Part shown: one piece after another, positions 34,434-36,119 of the stretch
How positions within the stretch are numbered: the first letter of the stretch is position 1
How the letters are laid out: each line of letters begins with the position of its first letter
From: a virus
Taxonomy: Duplodnaviria; Caudoviricetes
Reading direction: 5' to 3' (one strand)
DNA length: 36,119 nucleotides
Virus record (IMG/VR): IMGVR_UViG_3300018414_000181
Coordinates: 1-36,119 of that record
Translations under genes and position numbers: made by a program
The notes under the pieces: generated by a model
Database searches by the model: none
Told to the model about the DNA's origin: nothing
The model's input: only the letters and a program-made list of their open reading frames with translations

Positions 34434-35477
34434 ATGACGACAAGTGGAATTACGCACTACATCATCGTTCCGGAAAATTCAAAAACATATCGTACAACTT
34501 TTTTCAAGGCTATTCGACTTTCTGGCACGCCCAATTTTCTGAAATACTTAAAGCATTGATTTTTTTCCTCATGACATATCGGACATATATCTCCGCGGAG
34601 AAAGCTACGTAAGAGCAAGAACATGGGGGGCAGTGCTGAATATAAAAACTTTGCGCGCCGATCTTGTCGAAAAGACCCTACCATTAAAACAGAATAGCTT
34701 ACTGGTTTTTTGGAGTTCTGAAGAAACAGCAGAGCAAGTCGAAAAGGCAATCTCTCACCTTCCAGTCAAACCTATACATATTTCCACGTCCAAAATAACC
34801 AACGCAACGCTAATAAGCAACCTAAACAGAGGATCCGTTAAGAAGCTAGTTTCCGACCTTCTGCTTAGGGCATCCACCAAAGATTCACAGCTTGCGAACT
34901 ATCGAAACTTCCTGATATCAAACAAAAAACCAGCCAAATCTCCGCCCTATAAAAATCACAGCCAAAAACCATAACTGCACCACCCCTCTATTAGGGGTTC
35001 TATCCACATATGGTGCTTCGATTAAAACAAGTTCCATTAAGCTGTCCGGGGAAATCAGGGAACATATAACTAGCATGTTGGATTTGTCGTCAAGGATTGA
35101 TAGATTGCGACCTCAGGCATTAAAGAGTTCACCGCACAGAAAGAATGACGTTATCGTCTACTGCCAGTCCTCTTACACATTTTTATATCGCGCGGATAGT
35201 AAGCAATGGCGAGACATATCTAGACAGCTCAACAACCCAAAAAGAAATCTCCTTAGGAATGCACTTATTAGAGCAAAAGGTTACGGCAATTCACCAATAT
35301 CCATTTCTAGAGAAGACATATTCAACCCATATGAAGATGAAATACTTGGCGCGCTACTAAGAGATCGTCAGGCTGAAATAAGAGTCTTCACCAGTGCGAT
35401 TGCCATTGTAGCCTCCAATCAGTTCATCCCGGCTCTGCGCCTACCCAATGCGGTAATGCTTCACCACGACCACCTAA
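34434..35477 (+). pseudogene. Frameshifted and truncated AT-rich gene (single original ORF of more than 340 codons)
   Basis: AAGGAAG RBS and ATG at 34434; three consecutive overlapping open frames joined by +1 shifts near 34551 and 34916-34972; interrupted at the palindromic element. Confidence 0.65.
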
Positions 35478-35537
35478 GGACTCTCCGATCAAGTCAGCAC
35501 AGGTCAGATGGCCTGTGCTGACTTGATCGGAGAGTCC
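35478..35537. mobile_element. 60-bp palindromic IS5-family-end-like remnant (MITE-like)
   Basis: Perfect 26-bp inverted repeat GGACTCTCCGATCAAGTCAGCACAGG with an 8-nt spacer, flanked by CTAA and CTAG. Confidence 0.6.
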
Positions 35538-35647
35538 CTAGCAAGGGATGTATTAGATCGTGCCGCGTTTCAGAATCACCTTATGTTCTGATGCTAAATT
35601 ATTGTGCAATATGAGGCAATTTGATCAACTGCGGTATAGAACCGATT

Positions 35648-36119
35648 ATGAGCCTCCGAGCTACCGAAGTTAAACATGTCGTCGCAGCGCTTTTAGCTTT
35701 TTTATTTTATTACGCTGGAGGAGCATTGGCTGAGACACCAACATGCGAGACGGCAACGCTGGAGACAATTCTGAATGTACCCGATATGACAGTGCGGCAC
35801 GACACTCCTATTGGCGCTGAAATCGGCACGTCTATTGTCAGCGCTCCTATCGACGCATTTAACTGTAAGAGGGGTTTAACTTTTCAGAGCTTTTACGTGA
35901 AGGCCTCAGGCTTGGCAGCAGCGAAAATCAATGGATTGAATATATATAAATTCGGTACGGCAACGAGCGGTATCGGTTATGCAGTATCTGGTAGTGCTGT
36001 CGGTACTTGCGGATCGTTTTGGCCTATCATTGGTAACAATAGTCCTGGTGGTGTTAACTCGCAACTTTTGTGTGAGATTAATGGAACGTTTCCGAAACAA
36101 CCGATCCAAGGAGCGCTGA
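35648..36119 (+). CDS. Fimbrial adhesin / chaperone-usher pilin-like protein (5' part, runs off the window)
   Basis: Not in the ORF track (no stop in window); signal peptide ending GALA, early Cys, MTVRHDTPIGAEI and TSGIGY motifs. Confidence 0.75.
   Translation, partial: MSLRATEVKHVVAALLAFLFYYAGGALAETPTCETATLETILNVPDMTVRHDTPIGAEIGTSIVSAPIDAFNCKRGLTFQSFYVKASGLAAAKINGLNIYKFGTATSGIGYAVSGSAVGTCGSFWPIIGNNSPGGVNSQLLCEINGTFPKQPIQGAL

Noticed and set aside
35906-36109. 67-aa minus-strand ORF
   Set aside because: Shadow of the plus-strand fimbrial adhesin frame, which is open from 35648 to the window end

Overview
A near-complete (~34 kb) temperate prophage of Pseudomonas type, followed by ~1.8 kb of AT-rich flanking DNA. 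The minus strand carries the late and replication genes in this order: cro, cII-like, TraR/DksA zinc finger, Toprim-VapE primase/helicase, putative late regulator, holin, cos region, lambda-like terminase/portal/ClpP protease/decoration/capsid, P2-like contractile tail, GH19 endolysin, Rz/Rz1, a decayed DNA adenine methylase, and an AT-rich membrane-protein moron. The plus strand carries a CI-type repressor with two downstream cargo genes, an early operon (antirepressor-like, PrtN-like, DUF4224 excisionase, tyrosine integrase), a frameshifted and truncated gene, a 60-bp palindromic IS-end-like element and the 5' part of a fimbrial adhesin gene. The most notable unexplained structure is non-coding. 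The ~320-nt cro-cII spacer is a continuous array of hairpins, four with 7-nt CACCAC loops and three with GGA loops. The same CACCAC-loop hairpin recurs twice in the opposite early operon, and the spacer has an antisense promoter/terminator pair. This suggests an RNA-based regulatory system. Other notable observations are two tandem lambda-like cos sites with different 12-nt cores flanking a KTSC gene, and a prfB-like CUU-UGA-C +1 frameshift site in the tail chaperone. All family assignments are from motif recognition and synteny, not database searches.
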